DNA of 54,047 nt from Novosphingobium sp. (GTDB lineage Bacteria > Pseudomonadota > Alphaproteobacteria > Sphingomonadales > Sphingomonadaceae). Position numbers and translations under genes: made by a program. Below, piece by piece: positions 38,048 to 48,409 of this stretch (position 1 is the stretch's first letter; each line of letters opens with the position of its first letter). The DNA is taken from NCBI GenBank assembly GCA_046063325.1, contig JBJTMC010000094.1:1-54047 (forward strand), in the 5' to 3' direction. The notes beneath the pieces are model-generated. The model was not told the origin of the DNA. It ran no database searches and saw nothing but the letters and a program-made list of their open reading frames with translations.

Positions 38048-38845
38048 TCAGTGATCGAGATGGTCGGCACTGAGCAAAGTATTGGGGATCAGAGACAAGC
38101 CGCCTTCAGCGAACCGGATCGAGCCGGTCGCTGTCGGGTTGCCCGCAACGTAGAGCGCCTCGCGCGCAACATCGTCGCCAGTAACAGGGCGTTTGATCGG
38201 CAATTTTGCGCTCAACGCCTTGGCCATGCCATCCAGACCTTCAGAAGATCCCGCCGCTAACCGCGCCATGGCAGTATCTATGACAGGCCCAGGTGCCACG
38301 GCATTGACGCGAGTGGGGCCCAGTTCAACCGCCAAATGTTCGATCAGCCCCTTGATCGCTACACTGGCCATCGACCAACCCATATTGCCCATGATGGGGG
38401 TGCCGATATAGCCGCTGATCACGGTGATAGACCGCAGCTTTTTTGCGCTGTTTGCCGACCAGTTCGCGACCGCGATGATCGGTTCGAGGCGATCACCGAC
38501 GTAGTCTGTCGCCACGGCCAGGTCGGTGCCCCCCGACTGCATGACCCGGGCATAGCCAGTCGACAACACGACGTGATCGGGCATTGTAGCGTCCAGCACC
38601 GCATTGACCGACTCTTGGCTGCGGGCGTTGATCTGGTGCGTTTCGACATCGGGCATGGCCGCCTTGACCGCATCCAGTTTGGGCGTCGAACGATTGGCAA
38701 CGGCGATTGACACGCCAAGATCGCGGGCAAGATTAGCCACCGCCATCCCGATACCGCCAGCACCGATCAGCAGCAGGCGCGTGCCGACGATATCAGGCAG
38801 AACGCGATTCAGCATGTCCAGCTCTGTCTTGTTGGCATCGGGCAT
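38048..38845 (-). CDS. Atypical SDR-fold oxidoreductase lacking YxxxK
   Basis: IGAGGIG, LAVELGPTRVNAVAPG..DT; WSMAS at the YxxxK position. Confidence 0.8.
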   Translation of the reverse strand: MPDANKTELDMLNRVLPDIVGTRLLLIGAGGIGMAVANLARDLGVSIAVANRSTPKLDAVKAAMPDVETHQINARSQESVNAVLDATMPDHVVLSTGYARVMQSGGTDLAVATDYVGDRLEPIIAVANWSANSAKKLRSITVISGYIGTPIMGNMGWSMASVAIKGLIEHLAVELGPTRVNAVAPGPVIDTAMARLAAGSSEGLDGMAKALSAKLPIKRPVTGDDVAREALYVAGNPTATGSIRFAEGGLSLIPNTLLSADHLDH

Positions 38846-39894
38846 TAGTTACTCTCCATAGGATCGCCCAGCTTCACCAGCATCTTGCCCAGATTTTTGC
38901 CGGCGAACAGATCGATTTGCGCCTGAACCGCATTCTCGATACCGAAGTAGACGGTTTCCTCGGCTCTCAACTTGCCTTCGCCATACCATTGGTCGATGTC
39001 AGCATAGGCCTTGGCCATTGTATCGGCCTGCGGCAGGTAATCGAAAATGCTCCGCCCCAGTAAATCGAGCCGCTTGAGAATGATCTGGAACATGTTACGC
39101 GGGCCGACCGGCTCGCTGCCATCGTAAGTCGAAGTTTCGCCAATCTTGATGATCCGGCCGCGCGGCTTCATCAGATCGATGGCGACTTCCAGCTGATCTC
39201 CACCGGCAAAATCGAGAAAGACGTCGATCCCCTCGGGGCAGGCCTGTCTGATCTGGTCAGCGAAACCGGACTGGTTGTAATTGAAGGCATCGTCGATCTT
39301 CAGCTCGTTCTTGAGCCAATCGACCTTGGTATCGCTTCCGGTCGTGCCAATCACCTTGGCGCCGCGCATCTTGGCAATCTGACAGGCGATTGATCCGGTG
39401 ATGCCAGCGGCCGTTGAAACCCACACCGTCTCCCCGGCCTTTACCTTGGCGCCATCCAGAACATGGAAATAAGCAGTCGCGCCATAGATCGAACGGATGT
39501 GCAAATAGGCCTGCAACGGCTCTTGCGGATTTTCGAGAATACGGAGCGTGAAGCCATCTGGCTCGCCGCCATGGGTGAAATATTCGCGCCAGCTGAAATT
39601 GGTGACGACAAAGGTGCCGACGGGCAGGCTGTCCTTGCGCGATTCGATCACCTGGCCGATCACCTGGCCTTCCATAGGCTCGTCAAGTTCGAACCGTTTG
39701 GGCGGGAGGTCCGCGAGATCGGCATCGCCGGATCCCATCAAGGTCCGCTGACCCGCATCAATGCTCATCCACAGGTTCTTGATCAGCACCTCGCCGTCTT
39801 TCGGCGCCGCGACATCGACCGTCGCCATGGAAAAATTTTCTGGAACGATCGCGCCGACCGGTCGGGACGCCAGGTGAATTTCGCGACTTTTCAT
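38845..39894 (-). CDS. NADP-dependent alkenal/enone reductase (PTGR/CurA-like MDR)
   Basis: LASRPVG, GATAYF, VSTAAG.TGS, GIDVFLD, NLGKMLV. Confidence 0.88.
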   Translation of the reverse strand: MKSREIHLASRPVGAIVPENFSMATVDVAAPKDGEVLIKNLWMSIDAGQRTLMGSGDADLADLPPKRFELDEPMEGQVIGQVIESRKDSLPVGTFVVTNFSWREYFTHGGEPDGFTLRILENPQEPLQAYLHIRSIYGATAYFHVLDGAKVKAGETVWVSTAAGITGSIACQIAKMRGAKVIGTTGSDTKVDWLKNELKIDDAFNYNQSGFADQIRQACPEGIDVFLDFAGGDQLEVAIDLMKPRGRIIKIGETSTYDGSEPVGPRNMFQIILKRLDLLGRSIFDYLPQADTMAKAYADIDQWYGEGKLRAEETVYFGIENAVQAQIDLFAGKNLGKMLVKLGDPMESN

Positions 39895-39912
39895 AAAGTT
39901 GATCCTCCCTGA

Positions 39913-41154
39913 TTATTGCCGCGCCAGAATTGAAACTACGAAAACGGCTTCTTCGGTGCCGATCATTCCGCCGCCATTTTCTTGAATGGCAAATCGCGCG
40001 CCTTCGACTTGCCGCGGTCCGCATTCGTCGCGTAGCTGGCTTACGAGTTCGAAAATCTGGCCAAGTCCGGTTGCACCAAGCGGATGGCCCTTGGATTCAA
40101 GGCCGCCTGACGGATTTATTGGGATGCGGCCCCCCAGGCTGGTTTCGCCGCGTTCGGCACAAGGCCCGCCTTCCCCTTCCGCGCACAGGCCGAGATTTTC
40201 ACTCTGCTTGATTTCGCCAAAGGCGCTAGCATCATGGACTTCGGCGACCGACATGTCGTTAGGACCAACGCCCGCCTGCTCATAGGCGAGCCGGGCAGCC
40301 AACGCGAGGGCATTGGGGCCATCCGCAAGCAGATCGTCGCGCCCCGATCCCAACACACAGCTGGCAATCCGGATCGCGCGTTTGCGGTCAAAGCCATACC
40401 GGTCCAGGGCTTCACCGGAGCAGATAATTGCTGCCGCGCCGCCATCGGTAACCGGGGCGCACATCGGCACGGTTACCGGCCAGCTCAACGCCCGGCCGGC
40501 GAGCACCTCGTCGATGGTGAAAGCCTTGCGGAAATGCGCACGTTCATTGTTTACCGAATGACCGTGATTTTTTGCAGCGACTGCCGCAATCTGGCGCTGG
40601 GTCGTACCATATTTCAGCATGTGCGCACGTGCCATATAGGCATAGGCATCCATGAAGACGCTGGATGGGGCATCATTCTTTTGGTCTTCTGGAACTTCAA
40701 AACCAGCGCTCAGCGCGGCGAGGCCGGCCAGGGTCTCTTCGCCCCGCGTGATGTCCCAGCCGCTATCGAAGACGGACAGGATTTTTGCTTTGTCGGCGAC
40801 ATTCATCTTTTCAACACCAACTGCTAGCGCAACATCGCCCGCCCCCGAACGCACAAAGTTGATTGCTTCCCACATGGCTGTCGATCCGGAAGCGCAAGCA
40901 TTCTCGATGGTCAGCATAGGAATCCCCTGAATGCCCATCGCCCTGAGCGCGATGGGGCCGGGGATGAAGGTTTGCCCTTCGAGATAGCCTTGCGTTGTCT
41001 GCGCGAAATAGGCGGCCTGAAGATCATCTGCAGCACATCCCGCATCACTCAGTGCGTCGGTGACTGCCATGCGGGTCAGATCTTTGACCGAGTGATCGGG
41101 GAATCTGCCAAATGCAGTCATGCCCACGCCAACGATGAATATATCCTGCATCAT
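39913..41154 (-). CDS. SCP2-type thiolase
   Basis: ENACASGS (Cys nucleophile), AEVHDA, NPSGGLESKGHPLGATG. Confidence 0.92.
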   Translation of the reverse strand: MMQDIFIVGVGMTAFGRFPDHSVKDLTRMAVTDALSDAGCAADDLQAAYFAQTTQGYLEGQTFIPGPIALRAMGIQGIPMLTIENACASGSTAMWEAINFVRSGAGDVALAVGVEKMNVADKAKILSVFDSGWDITRGEETLAGLAALSAGFEVPEDQKNDAPSSVFMDAYAYMARAHMLKYGTTQRQIAAVAAKNHGHSVNNERAHFRKAFTIDEVLAGRALSWPVTVPMCAPVTDGGAAAIICSGEALDRYGFDRKRAIRIASCVLGSGRDDLLADGPNALALAARLAYEQAGVGPNDMSVAEVHDASAFGEIKQSENLGLCAEGEGGPCAERGETSLGGRIPINPSGGLESKGHPLGATGLGQIFELVSQLRDECGPRQVEGARFAIQENGGGMIGTEEAVFVVSILARQ

Positions 41155-41477
41155 TGTCTAATGCTTCCTTCTGATAAATTGGGAATTTATGATGGTAAGC
41201 GCAAACAGAAGGAGCGATTTCCAAACGCACAATCATGCTTCCCCTCCGTTATTGAACCTGTCGAGGTCGCCCGATGCGGCGTCGATTCCAGCAGATGTGC
41301 AATTGCGCCAAGGGCTCATGCGGATTTGGAAAAGTGATATATCAGAAAGCAGTCCGGTGCAACACGTGGCTGATTGACCAACCCAAACGGTCAAGTCACC
41401 GCTCGGAATACGCGCCTTTTACCGAAGGGTTGCCGCACGCGGAACCCGCTCAGTGCTGCGCGCCTGCCTGCCCGATT

Positions 41478-41497
41478 ATAATTGTAATGCCATTACG
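41478..41497. promoter_or_regulatory. Candidate operator ATAATTGTAATGCCATTACG (YGTA-N7-TACR)
   Basis: 17/20 identical to the reverse complement of 48505-48524; TTGACA nearby at 41516-41521. Confidence 0.6.
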
Positions 41498-41773
41498 AAT
41501 GCACTAGAAATCAGCTTGACAAATTTTTTGTGTGAGGCAATCTGATATATCAATGAGTTCCCAGGCGCTGATCTGTTGCTGGTTTTCGTTGGGCTGATCG
41601 TCGATGTGGCGTCTTCCCATCACTACTCGTGATCGATCAATGCCTTTTTGATAATTTTTTCGCTTCTTGGCCAAGGGATATGGGAATTCCGAAAATCTTG
41701 GCTCCGCTAGTAAATTGGCCTGCAATTTAGGTGGTGGAGCAGGTGTGTCGTAACAAAAAAGGGAGAGGGACAG

Positions 41774-43999
41774 ATGACTAAAGCACGCTTGATGAGGGTA
41801 ATTTCGCCGTCGGCCTCTATGGTCGCAATCAGTCTCGCACTTTCGCTTTCGCCTTCGATGGCAAACGCGCAGACTGCGGAAGAAAGCGCGGGAGATAGTG
41901 CCGGAGAGATCATCGTGACAGCGCAGCGTCGCGAGCAACGCCTGCAGGATGTCCCTATCGCGATCACCGCGGTCGGGAATGAGCAGCTGGCTCAGCGCGG
42001 CGTCACTGACATCAGTGGACTGGTCGGCGCCTCGCCGGGCGTCTCGATTGCGAACTACGCCGGGATCAGCGCAACCGCGATCGCATCGATCCGCGGTGTT
42101 TCCGGCCAGGTCCTGCCCATCGGCTCGGGGCAAGCCGTCGCCTTTTACCTTGATGGCGTCTTTCTCCCCCGGCCCGATGGGGCGTTTTTCTCGCTAGACG
42201 ATGTCGAGCGCCTGGAGGTTCTGCGTGGGCCCCAGGGAACACTTTATGGCCGCAATGCAACGGGCGGCGCGATCAACATCATCACCCGCGATCCGGGTAA
42301 TACGGTTCGCGGTGGCATCAATCTGTCCTACGGCAACTATAACACCGTTGCAGCGAGGGCGTCTCTGAGCGGCCCGTTGGGGGGCGGTTTCTCAGCAGGC
42401 GTTTCGGCAAGTCTGGACCGGCATGACGGATTTATCACAAATACCGTTACAGGTAACAAAATGAACGCCAGAAAAGCGTTCACTATACGCGGTAAGCTCA
42501 AATATGCCACCGAGGATAACGGTTTCAGCGCAGTGCTTTCGGGCGACTATGCTGAAAATAATGCTACCCCCGTTTTCAAAAACCCATTCGCTTTTCCTGC
42601 GGCAACCTATGTCGGCATTGGAAATCCCAATGAGTATAGCAGTGACTCTGTATCTGAATCGCTTAATCGCGCCGATTCAACGTCAAAGGGCGTAGCCCTG
42701 ACGCTTAATCTTCAAGCTGCTGACAAGCTGAAGCTTACCTCCATCACCAGTTACCGGGATACATTCACGGATACAGGCTACGATGTCGATTCGTCATCTG
42801 CTGCGGTTTCCCGGGCGATAGGCGTTAACAGCAGCAAGTCGTTCAGTCAGGAACTTCGCGGGGTTTATGATAGCGATGCCCTGACTTTAACTTTCGGTGC
42901 GAACTACTTCCACGAAAAAGCCACCTTCGGTGTGGGCACCGGTGCGCCAAGCGCGGCGATCCGTGCGCTTGGCCCATTCAGCACAAGCAATCTCAATGCC
43001 TTTGCAGTGTTCGGTCAGCTCGAATATCACCTTACCGAGCAGCTCTCGCTCGTCGGCGGCCTGCGGTATAATCACGAAAAACGCGATTTCACCGTGGACT
43101 ATACCCAACCGGTGCTGGTCGGCGGTGCAACGGGTTTGCTGGTTCCGGGCAGTGTCAGCGATAATGTCGTGATCCCCAGTTTTGGGTTGAACTTTCAGGC
43201 CACACCCGATGTGTTGCTCTATGCAAAGGCTGGTAAAGGTTATCAGGCGCCAGGGTTCAACTTCTCGCCGGGCATCGCAGTTACCGTGCCTAACACCTTC
43301 GCCGCTGAGAAACTCTGGGCCTATGAGATCGGCGCAAAGACCCAATTTTTGGACCGGCGTGTGACGCTGAACCTGGCTGCATTCCGTTATGACTACAGCA
43401 ACCTGCAGATCCGCAGCGTGATTGGGATCGGCCTTACGCGAATCGACAATGCTGCTGGTGCGCGCAATCAGGGTGCAGAGGCCAGCCTGGAAGTCAGACT
43501 TCCGGGTGGCATTTCGTTTGGTGGACAGGTTACGTACCTGGACTCCAAATTCCTGAACTTTTGCCAGGCAATCAGCGCCGGTGACCCTTTGGCTGCCGAT
43601 GCTCCCTGCACGGCAATCACACCTACAGGTACGCTTCCCGGAGCGGTTCGAGATGGAAATCGCCTGAATCTGGCTCCTAAATGGTCCGGCGGTCTGCATG
43701 CAGGATATGAAGGACAAATTGGCGGGGGTACGCTCTCGGCCAATGTCACTTTGGACTTTTCCACCAAAACCTATTCTCTCAGCAACGCCAATGAAGACAT
43801 TTTCTCGAGCGGGAATTGGGGAGAGCTGGGCGCCAGGTTGGGCTACACGTTCGGCAACGGACCTGAAATCTACATCTACGGCAAGAACCTGACCGACAAG
43901 CGGTATATTAGCTTCGGAACCCGGGTTAATGCCGTCATCGGCTTCCAGGCCTTCAACAATCCGCGCACCTATGGGGCCGGTGTACGCTACAAGTTCTGA
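41774..43999 (+). CDS. TonB-dependent outer-membrane receptor
   Basis: Signal peptide ending ANA-Q, EIIVTAQRR TonB box, EVLRGPQGTLYGRNATGGAIN, C-terminal PRTYG...YKF. Confidence 0.95.
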   Translation: MTKARLMRVISPSASMVAISLALSLSPSMANAQTAEESAGDSAGEIIVTAQRREQRLQDVPIAITAVGNEQLAQRGVTDISGLVGASPGVSIANYAGISATAIASIRGVSGQVLPIGSGQAVAFYLDGVFLPRPDGAFFSLDDVERLEVLRGPQGTLYGRNATGGAINIITRDPGNTVRGGINLSYGNYNTVAARASLSGPLGGGFSAGVSASLDRHDGFITNTVTGNKMNARKAFTIRGKLKYATEDNGFSAVLSGDYAENNATPVFKNPFAFPAATYVGIGNPNEYSSDSVSESLNRADSTSKGVALTLNLQAADKLKLTSITSYRDTFTDTGYDVDSSSAAVSRAIGVNSSKSFSQELRGVYDSDALTLTFGANYFHEKATFGVGTGAPSAAIRALGPFSTSNLNAFAVFGQLEYHLTEQLSLVGGLRYNHEKRDFTVDYTQPVLVGGATGLLVPGSVSDNVVIPSFGLNFQATPDVLLYAKAGKGYQAPGFNFSPGIAVTVPNTFAAEKLWAYEIGAKTQFLDRRVTLNLAAFRYDYSNLQIRSVIGIGLTRIDNAAGARNQGAEASLEVRLPGGISFGGQVTYLDSKFLNFCQAISAGDPLAADAPCTAITPTGTLPGAVRDGNRLNLAPKWSGGLHAGYEGQIGGGTLSANVTLDFSTKTYSLSNANEDIFSSGNWGELGARLGYTFGNGPEIYIYGKNLTDKRYISFGTRVNAVIGFQAFNNPRTYGAGVRYKF

Positions 44000-44008
44000 T
44001 CTGATAGC

Positions 44009-44043
44009 TATTGGCGTGATTCCCGATGCGAATCACGCCAATA
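44009..44043. repeat. Palindromic hairpin TATTGGCGTGATTC-N7-GAATCACGCCAATA (REP-like or terminator)
   Basis: Perfect 14-bp stem just after the receptor stop codon. Confidence 0.55.
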
Positions 44044-44056
44044 TAGCGATGAATTG

Positions 44057-44088
44057 GAAAGCCGCAGATGCCGACATCTGCGGCTTTC
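44057..44088. terminator. Intrinsic terminator between convergent genes
   Basis: GAAAGCCGCAGATG-CCGA-CATCTGCGGCTTTC followed by TTTATTT. Confidence 0.75.
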
Positions 44089-44089
44089 T

Positions 44090-46222
44090 TTATTTAACGG
44101 GCAAAGGAACACCGCCCGGGCCGGAGGTGTAATCCAGCCAAGCTATGGACTTCGTCTGCCCGACGCCCGGTTTGGACCAATCTGCAACACCCGTTGGGAA
44201 GGCGGCTTCCAGCCGTGCCCACTGGTTGTCTGAAAATGCAATGCCGGAATAGTCCCCGCGATTAAGAGGTTTGAGCTGTGTCTTGGCGATGCGATGCACG
44301 ACATAAGCTCCGCAAGCCGCGACAGTGCGGGCGTCTCCGAAACTGGGATAATCGCGCTTGAACGCCTCCAGATCGCCAGTTCTGATGCCGTCCGGCGCAT
44401 AAACACCGTCAAGCACATCGGCGGGCTTGTTCGCAACGACCTTGTCGGCAAGCGGCGCATCGCTGTGATCGGCTTCGATACCGGCAAGCCAACGATCCAT
44501 AGCCAATAACGCAGTCTCGGGAGGCGTGGTCCAGGATTCCCATCCAGGAACCATCCAGGCGACCTGATTTCCTGCGTGGCCTTGCGCGACTGTCAGAAAT
44601 TCACGCGCGACCCAAGTGTGAAATCCCGTGTGACTTGGCAAGTCCGTTTCCTCAGGCTGACGCACATCAAGAATGGCAACTTCGCTCATATTCGAAAAAT
44701 CGTTGATGAAGCCGCCGCGATGCAGTCGCTCCAGCGAGACCGGATCGGCTTCGGTCCGGGCCGGGACAAAATTATTGTCTATGTCCACGCCCCCGATCTT
44801 TTCGTTCAGATCGACAAACTGTTCGGGGCTGATTCGACCATTAAGCAGTGCCTGCAAGCCATATTGGACGCCCACATTGTCCCACACCAGTGGCGCAAAT
44901 CCTTGCCCGGCTGCACGCTCAGCCGCCGTCCACAACGCTTCTGCACGTCGTCCGAGATAGTTGACCTGATAATCCTGCAAGGTCCCCCTTGCGCCGCCCG
45001 GATTGCTTTCCGGATCATATGCGGCTTCCGGCGGAAGGCCGGTGCCTCTAGTCGGCGTGTTGCCGCCCGTTGGTCTGCCATCCAAAAAAGTACCATCGAA
45101 TACTGTCGCGAAGAATTTCCGGGTCGTTTCACTTCGATGTCCATCGACGGCGAGCCTATCATCCTCGTTCTGCCACAATTCCGGTGCGGTGTGGGTGAAG
45201 TAATTCTCCAGCAGATTCGAGTCCGCGAGCACGCCGGGAACATACCAGGAGGAATGAAGGCTTACCAAGGGCATGATGCCCTGAAAGATCCCGGGATACT
45301 GATTGGCGATCATGTGCTGCATGATCGATCCGCCCGAGGCCCCGGACCCGAATGTGTAGCGGATGTCTCCGAAGTTGCGGGTGATATGGTCTTTCAGCAT
45401 AATCAGCGATTCAGCGCCGCGTATGGTGTCTGAATTGGTCACGGATTGGGTAAATGTTGTGCGCGCGATCATGATGCCCCGGCGCAAGCCTGCATCGATC
45501 AGCACAGTGTGGTTGATACCCGGACCTTCAGGAGGGGCCGGAGGTGGAAAGGCAGATTGTGACCAGAGCTGGTTCCAGCCGCCGTACATGTAAATCCACA
45601 GCTTGCCGTTCCAGCCATGGTGGCGGGCTGTCAATGAGCGCAGGCGTTCAGGATCGCACAGCACGGCAAATTCATAGATGCCGCGCGCCATCGATCCGAT
45701 TTCGTGGTGCACGATATATGGCAGAGCGACGCCCTCGTCGGTGGTCGTCTGCATGACTTGAGAAGGGTTAGGAGGATTGGCTGGGTCATATGCCAAGAAT
45801 CCGCCGCTATCGGCTGCCATGTAATGATAGGTCACTTTTGGCTGAGCATTGCCATGAGTGTCGCTTGGCGCCCCAAGGCCATTCTGTTCGGTTGTCAGAG
45901 TCCAAGGTTGCAGGTGAGGTCCACTCAAAATCGGCCCTTCGACCGGAAAGGATCGAAACTTGAGTGGATCGGCGTCTGCCCCATCAGAGCAGATCAGGTT
46001 TTCGCCAAAGGTCAAACCGCCAACCTTTCCGCGCCAGCGGCCCGGCACTTCGGGATCGCCTTGAAACGCGATTCTTGCCGCTACACCATTGACCAGCAGG
46101 AAGCTGGGCGGCTCGTCAAATCCTTCGATTTGCACAACCGCCTCTGAACCTATGGTAATACCGCGAATTGCTGAAACCAGTTCCACGGCCTTGCCGGGGA
46201 TAGGTGATCTGGTTGAGCTCAT
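44090..46222 (-). CDS. DUF6351-like (tannase-like) putative serine hydrolase
   Basis: GPILSGPHLQPW, GWNGKL..YGG, GASGGSIMQ..IA..YPG, DNVGVQYGL.AL..G.IS.EQF.DLN..IGG, FPTGVADWSKPG. Confidence 0.8.
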   Translation of the reverse strand: MSSTRSPIPGKAVELVSAIRGITIGSEAVVQIEGFDEPPSFLLVNGVAARIAFQGDPEVPGRWRGKVGGLTFGENLICSDGADADPLKFRSFPVEGPILSGPHLQPWTLTTEQNGLGAPSDTHGNAQPKVTYHYMAADSGGFLAYDPANPPNPSQVMQTTTDEGVALPYIVHHEIGSMARGIYEFAVLCDPERLRSLTARHHGWNGKLWIYMYGGWNQLWSQSAFPPPAPPEGPGINHTVLIDAGLRRGIMIARTTFTQSVTNSDTIRGAESLIMLKDHITRNFGDIRYTFGSGASGGSIMQHMIANQYPGIFQGIMPLVSLHSSWYVPGVLADSNLLENYFTHTAPELWQNEDDRLAVDGHRSETTRKFFATVFDGTFLDGRPTGGNTPTRGTGLPPEAAYDPESNPGGARGTLQDYQVNYLGRRAEALWTAAERAAGQGFAPLVWDNVGVQYGLQALLNGRISPEQFVDLNEKIGGVDIDNNFVPARTEADPVSLERLHRGGFINDFSNMSEVAILDVRQPEETDLPSHTGFHTWVAREFLTVAQGHAGNQVAWMVPGWESWTTPPETALLAMDRWLAGIEADHSDAPLADKVVANKPADVLDGVYAPDGIRTGDLEAFKRDYPSFGDARTVAACGAYVVHRIAKTQLKPLNRGDYSGIAFSDNQWARLEAAFPTGVADWSKPGVGQTKSIAWLDYTSGPGGVPLPVK

Positions 46223-46240
46223 TGACCTCTACTCCCATTT

Positions 46241-46255
46241 TGTAGCGGTGCTACA
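46241..46255. promoter_or_regulatory. Candidate operator TGTAGCGGTGCTACA (YGTA-N7-TACR)
   Basis: Palindrome in the short divergent region between the DUF6351-like and NmrA genes. Confidence 0.5.
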
Positions 46256-46325
46256 TATCATGTGCTATTTCAATGCCGGTTCATAGGCAACGCAAAACGA
46301 CCTGAATGCGGCAGGGGAAGCGCAG

Positions 46326-47162
46326 ATGAGGATTCTGGTAAGTGCCGCCAACGGCAAGACGGGGCGCCATGTCATTGATCAGTTGCTTAAGCGGCATGAC
46401 AATGTGACGATAAGAGCCTTTGCCCGCGCGCCTGTGAGCCGTGTTGATCCACGGCTTGAAATGGTCCTAGGCGATATGGATGATCCTGCCGCCCGGGCAC
46501 GCGCCGCGGAAGGGGTTGATGCTGTTATTCACTATGGCCCACCCGTTGATCCCCGCGAAACGGCCATCGGTACAGGGATGATCGACGCAGCAGTTGCGGC
46601 AGGCGTCCACCAGTTCACCTATGTTTCCGTTATTCACCCGCAAATCGAAGACCTTCCAAATCATACTGCCAAACTGGCCGTTGAAGGCTATCTGATCAAT
46701 TCGGGCATTGAATGGGCAGTGATCCGGCCGCAGCATCTGATGCAGAACGTCAATGTTCTACAGGTGATCGAAGATGGAGTTCTGGCGATGCCCTATGCGC
46801 CGGAACTGGTGCTGGGCCATGTTGACCTTGGCGACGTCGCCGAAGCAGCAATCAAGGTCACGTGTGAATCCGGTTATACCTATGCGGCTTTTGATGCCGA
46901 TGGTGGCGAAAATCTTTGTGCGCTCGAAATCTGTACGATCATCGAGGAATTGTCGGGCAGGAAGATTGCCTACAAACAACTTTCGGCTGATGACCAGATC
47001 GCTATCCGTATGGCAGGTAAACCCATCACGAATTACACGATCGAGGGCTATCATCGCGTCTGCTCGTACTACAGCCGAAGGGGCATGCATGCCAATCCTC
47101 ATGTACTACGCTGGCTGCTGGGCCGCGCGCCAGCCACCTGGGCACCTCTATCAACCCAGTGA
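46326..47162 (+). pseudogene. NmrA-family NAD(P)-binding protein, 3' end interrupted by IS5
   Basis: SAANGKTGR, IRPQHLMQN, VDLGDVAEAA. The last 7 codons come from the IS; the native tail FREFVERSLLRKEP* resumes at about 48414-48457. Confidence 0.85.
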
Positions 47163-48409
47163 ACTGGGCGATTTTGTGCAGGCGGCGCCAGCGATGGCGT
47201 AAATGCTGGCCATCGTGGCGCGCATATTGCCGTTTTTCATCGGTTTTTCTGATCTCCAGGCGTAGCTATCCCATGGCTGCCCGTCGTTCGTGGAAGATCA
47301 GGCGGTTCATATTGTAGGCCAAATTGGCCAGCGTGATTTTGGCCTCGGCGCGCTTGATGCCGATGGTGCGGATGAACAGCCCCATCTTGGCCTTCTGCTG
47401 CGCGAAGACGTGTTCGACCCGGGCGCGGACCTTTGACTTTGTGGCATTCCCGCGCCGGACATGATCCGGCATCGGCTTGCCCCTGGGCTTCTTGCGATGG
47501 ATGCGGCTGACCCGCCCCTGCGCTTTGAGCCACTTCTCGTTGGCCTGACTGCGGTAGGCCGTATCGGCCCAAACATCCGAGGCGGTATTGTCGCTCGTCG
47601 CGACGTCCCGGAGCATCCGGCCATCGAAGCGCGCGCCATCGGTGACCTTGCCCTTGCGGATGAAGCCGAAGGCTCGGCAAATCGCGATGCTGCTTTTGTA
47701 GCCGAAGCTGGGGATGGCGATGTCGATTTGCGGCTTGCCGTCCGCCGCTGGGCGGCCTTTGGCGAACTTCAGCGTCCAGCGCGCATCTGTGTCCTTCTGC
47801 GCCGCCCGGGCGGGTTCGTCGGGCCAGATATCGGCGGCAACCTTGCCTGCCTTGATCGCCGCCTTCTCCGGTTCGGTGTTGCGCTGCTTGGGCGCGGCTA
47901 CCAGTGTTGCGTCGACAATCTGCCCGCCCATGGCGAGGTAGCCCCGTTCCTTGAGCTGCCGGTCGAAATCGGTGAACAGCGCATCAAGTGCACCCGCCTC
48001 GGTCAGCTTTTCGCGGAACAGGCGGATCGTGTTGGCGTCGGGTGTCGCCGCACCAAGGTCGAAGCCCAGGAAACGCAGCCAGCTCAGCCGATCCCGGATC
48101 AGGTATTCCATCCGCGCATCGCTGACATTGTTCTGCGCTGCCAAAATCAGCACCTTGAGCATCGCCACTGGATCATACGGCGGACGGCCGCCCTTGGCAC
48201 CGTCACCGTAGGCCAGCGCCGCGACAAGAACCGGACGGAATGTCTCGAAGTCGATTATCCTACTCAGCTCCTCGAGCGGATCGCCGTGCGCCGATAACCG
48301 CTTCAGATGGTCCGATAAACCAAACAATCCTGCCTGCCGCATTGCCGCCTCCTGTCAGGCCCAATGAATCAGATCAGGCGGTCAAACGCGAGGGTTTTTG
48401 GAGGTGCCC
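47140..48409 (-). mobile_element. Complete IS5-family element (1270 bp)
   Basis: Terminal IRs GGGCACCTCtatcAACCC / GGGCACCTCcaaaAACCC; 4-bp target duplication ACCT at 47136-47139 and 48410-48413. Confidence 0.93.
47266..48342 (-). CDS. IS5-family DDE transposase
   Basis: GGRPPYDP, PDANTI, IVDATLV, KDTDARWT, VWADTAY, RARVEHVF. Confidence 0.95.
   Translation of the reverse strand: MRQAGLFGLSDHLKRLSAHGDPLEELSRIIDFETFRPVLVAALAYGDGAKGGRPPYDPVAMLKVLILAAQNNVSDARMEYLIRDRLSWLRFLGFDLGAATPDANTIRLFREKLTEAGALDALFTDFDRQLKERGYLAMGGQIVDATLVAAPKQRNTEPEKAAIKAGKVAADIWPDEPARAAQKDTDARWTLKFAKGRPAADGKPQIDIAIPSFGYKSSIAICRAFGFIRKGKVTDGARFDGRMLRDVATSDNTASDVWADTAYRSQANEKWLKAQGRVSRIHRKKPRGKPMPDHVRRGNATKSKVRARVEHVFAQQKAKMGLFIRTIGIKRAEAKITLANLAYNMNRLIFHERRAAMG

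Noticed and set aside
30559-41455. Shared 10-mer CCGCTCAGTG at 30559 and 41446 as an IclR operator
   Set aside because: Too short and not palindromic, so it could be chance.
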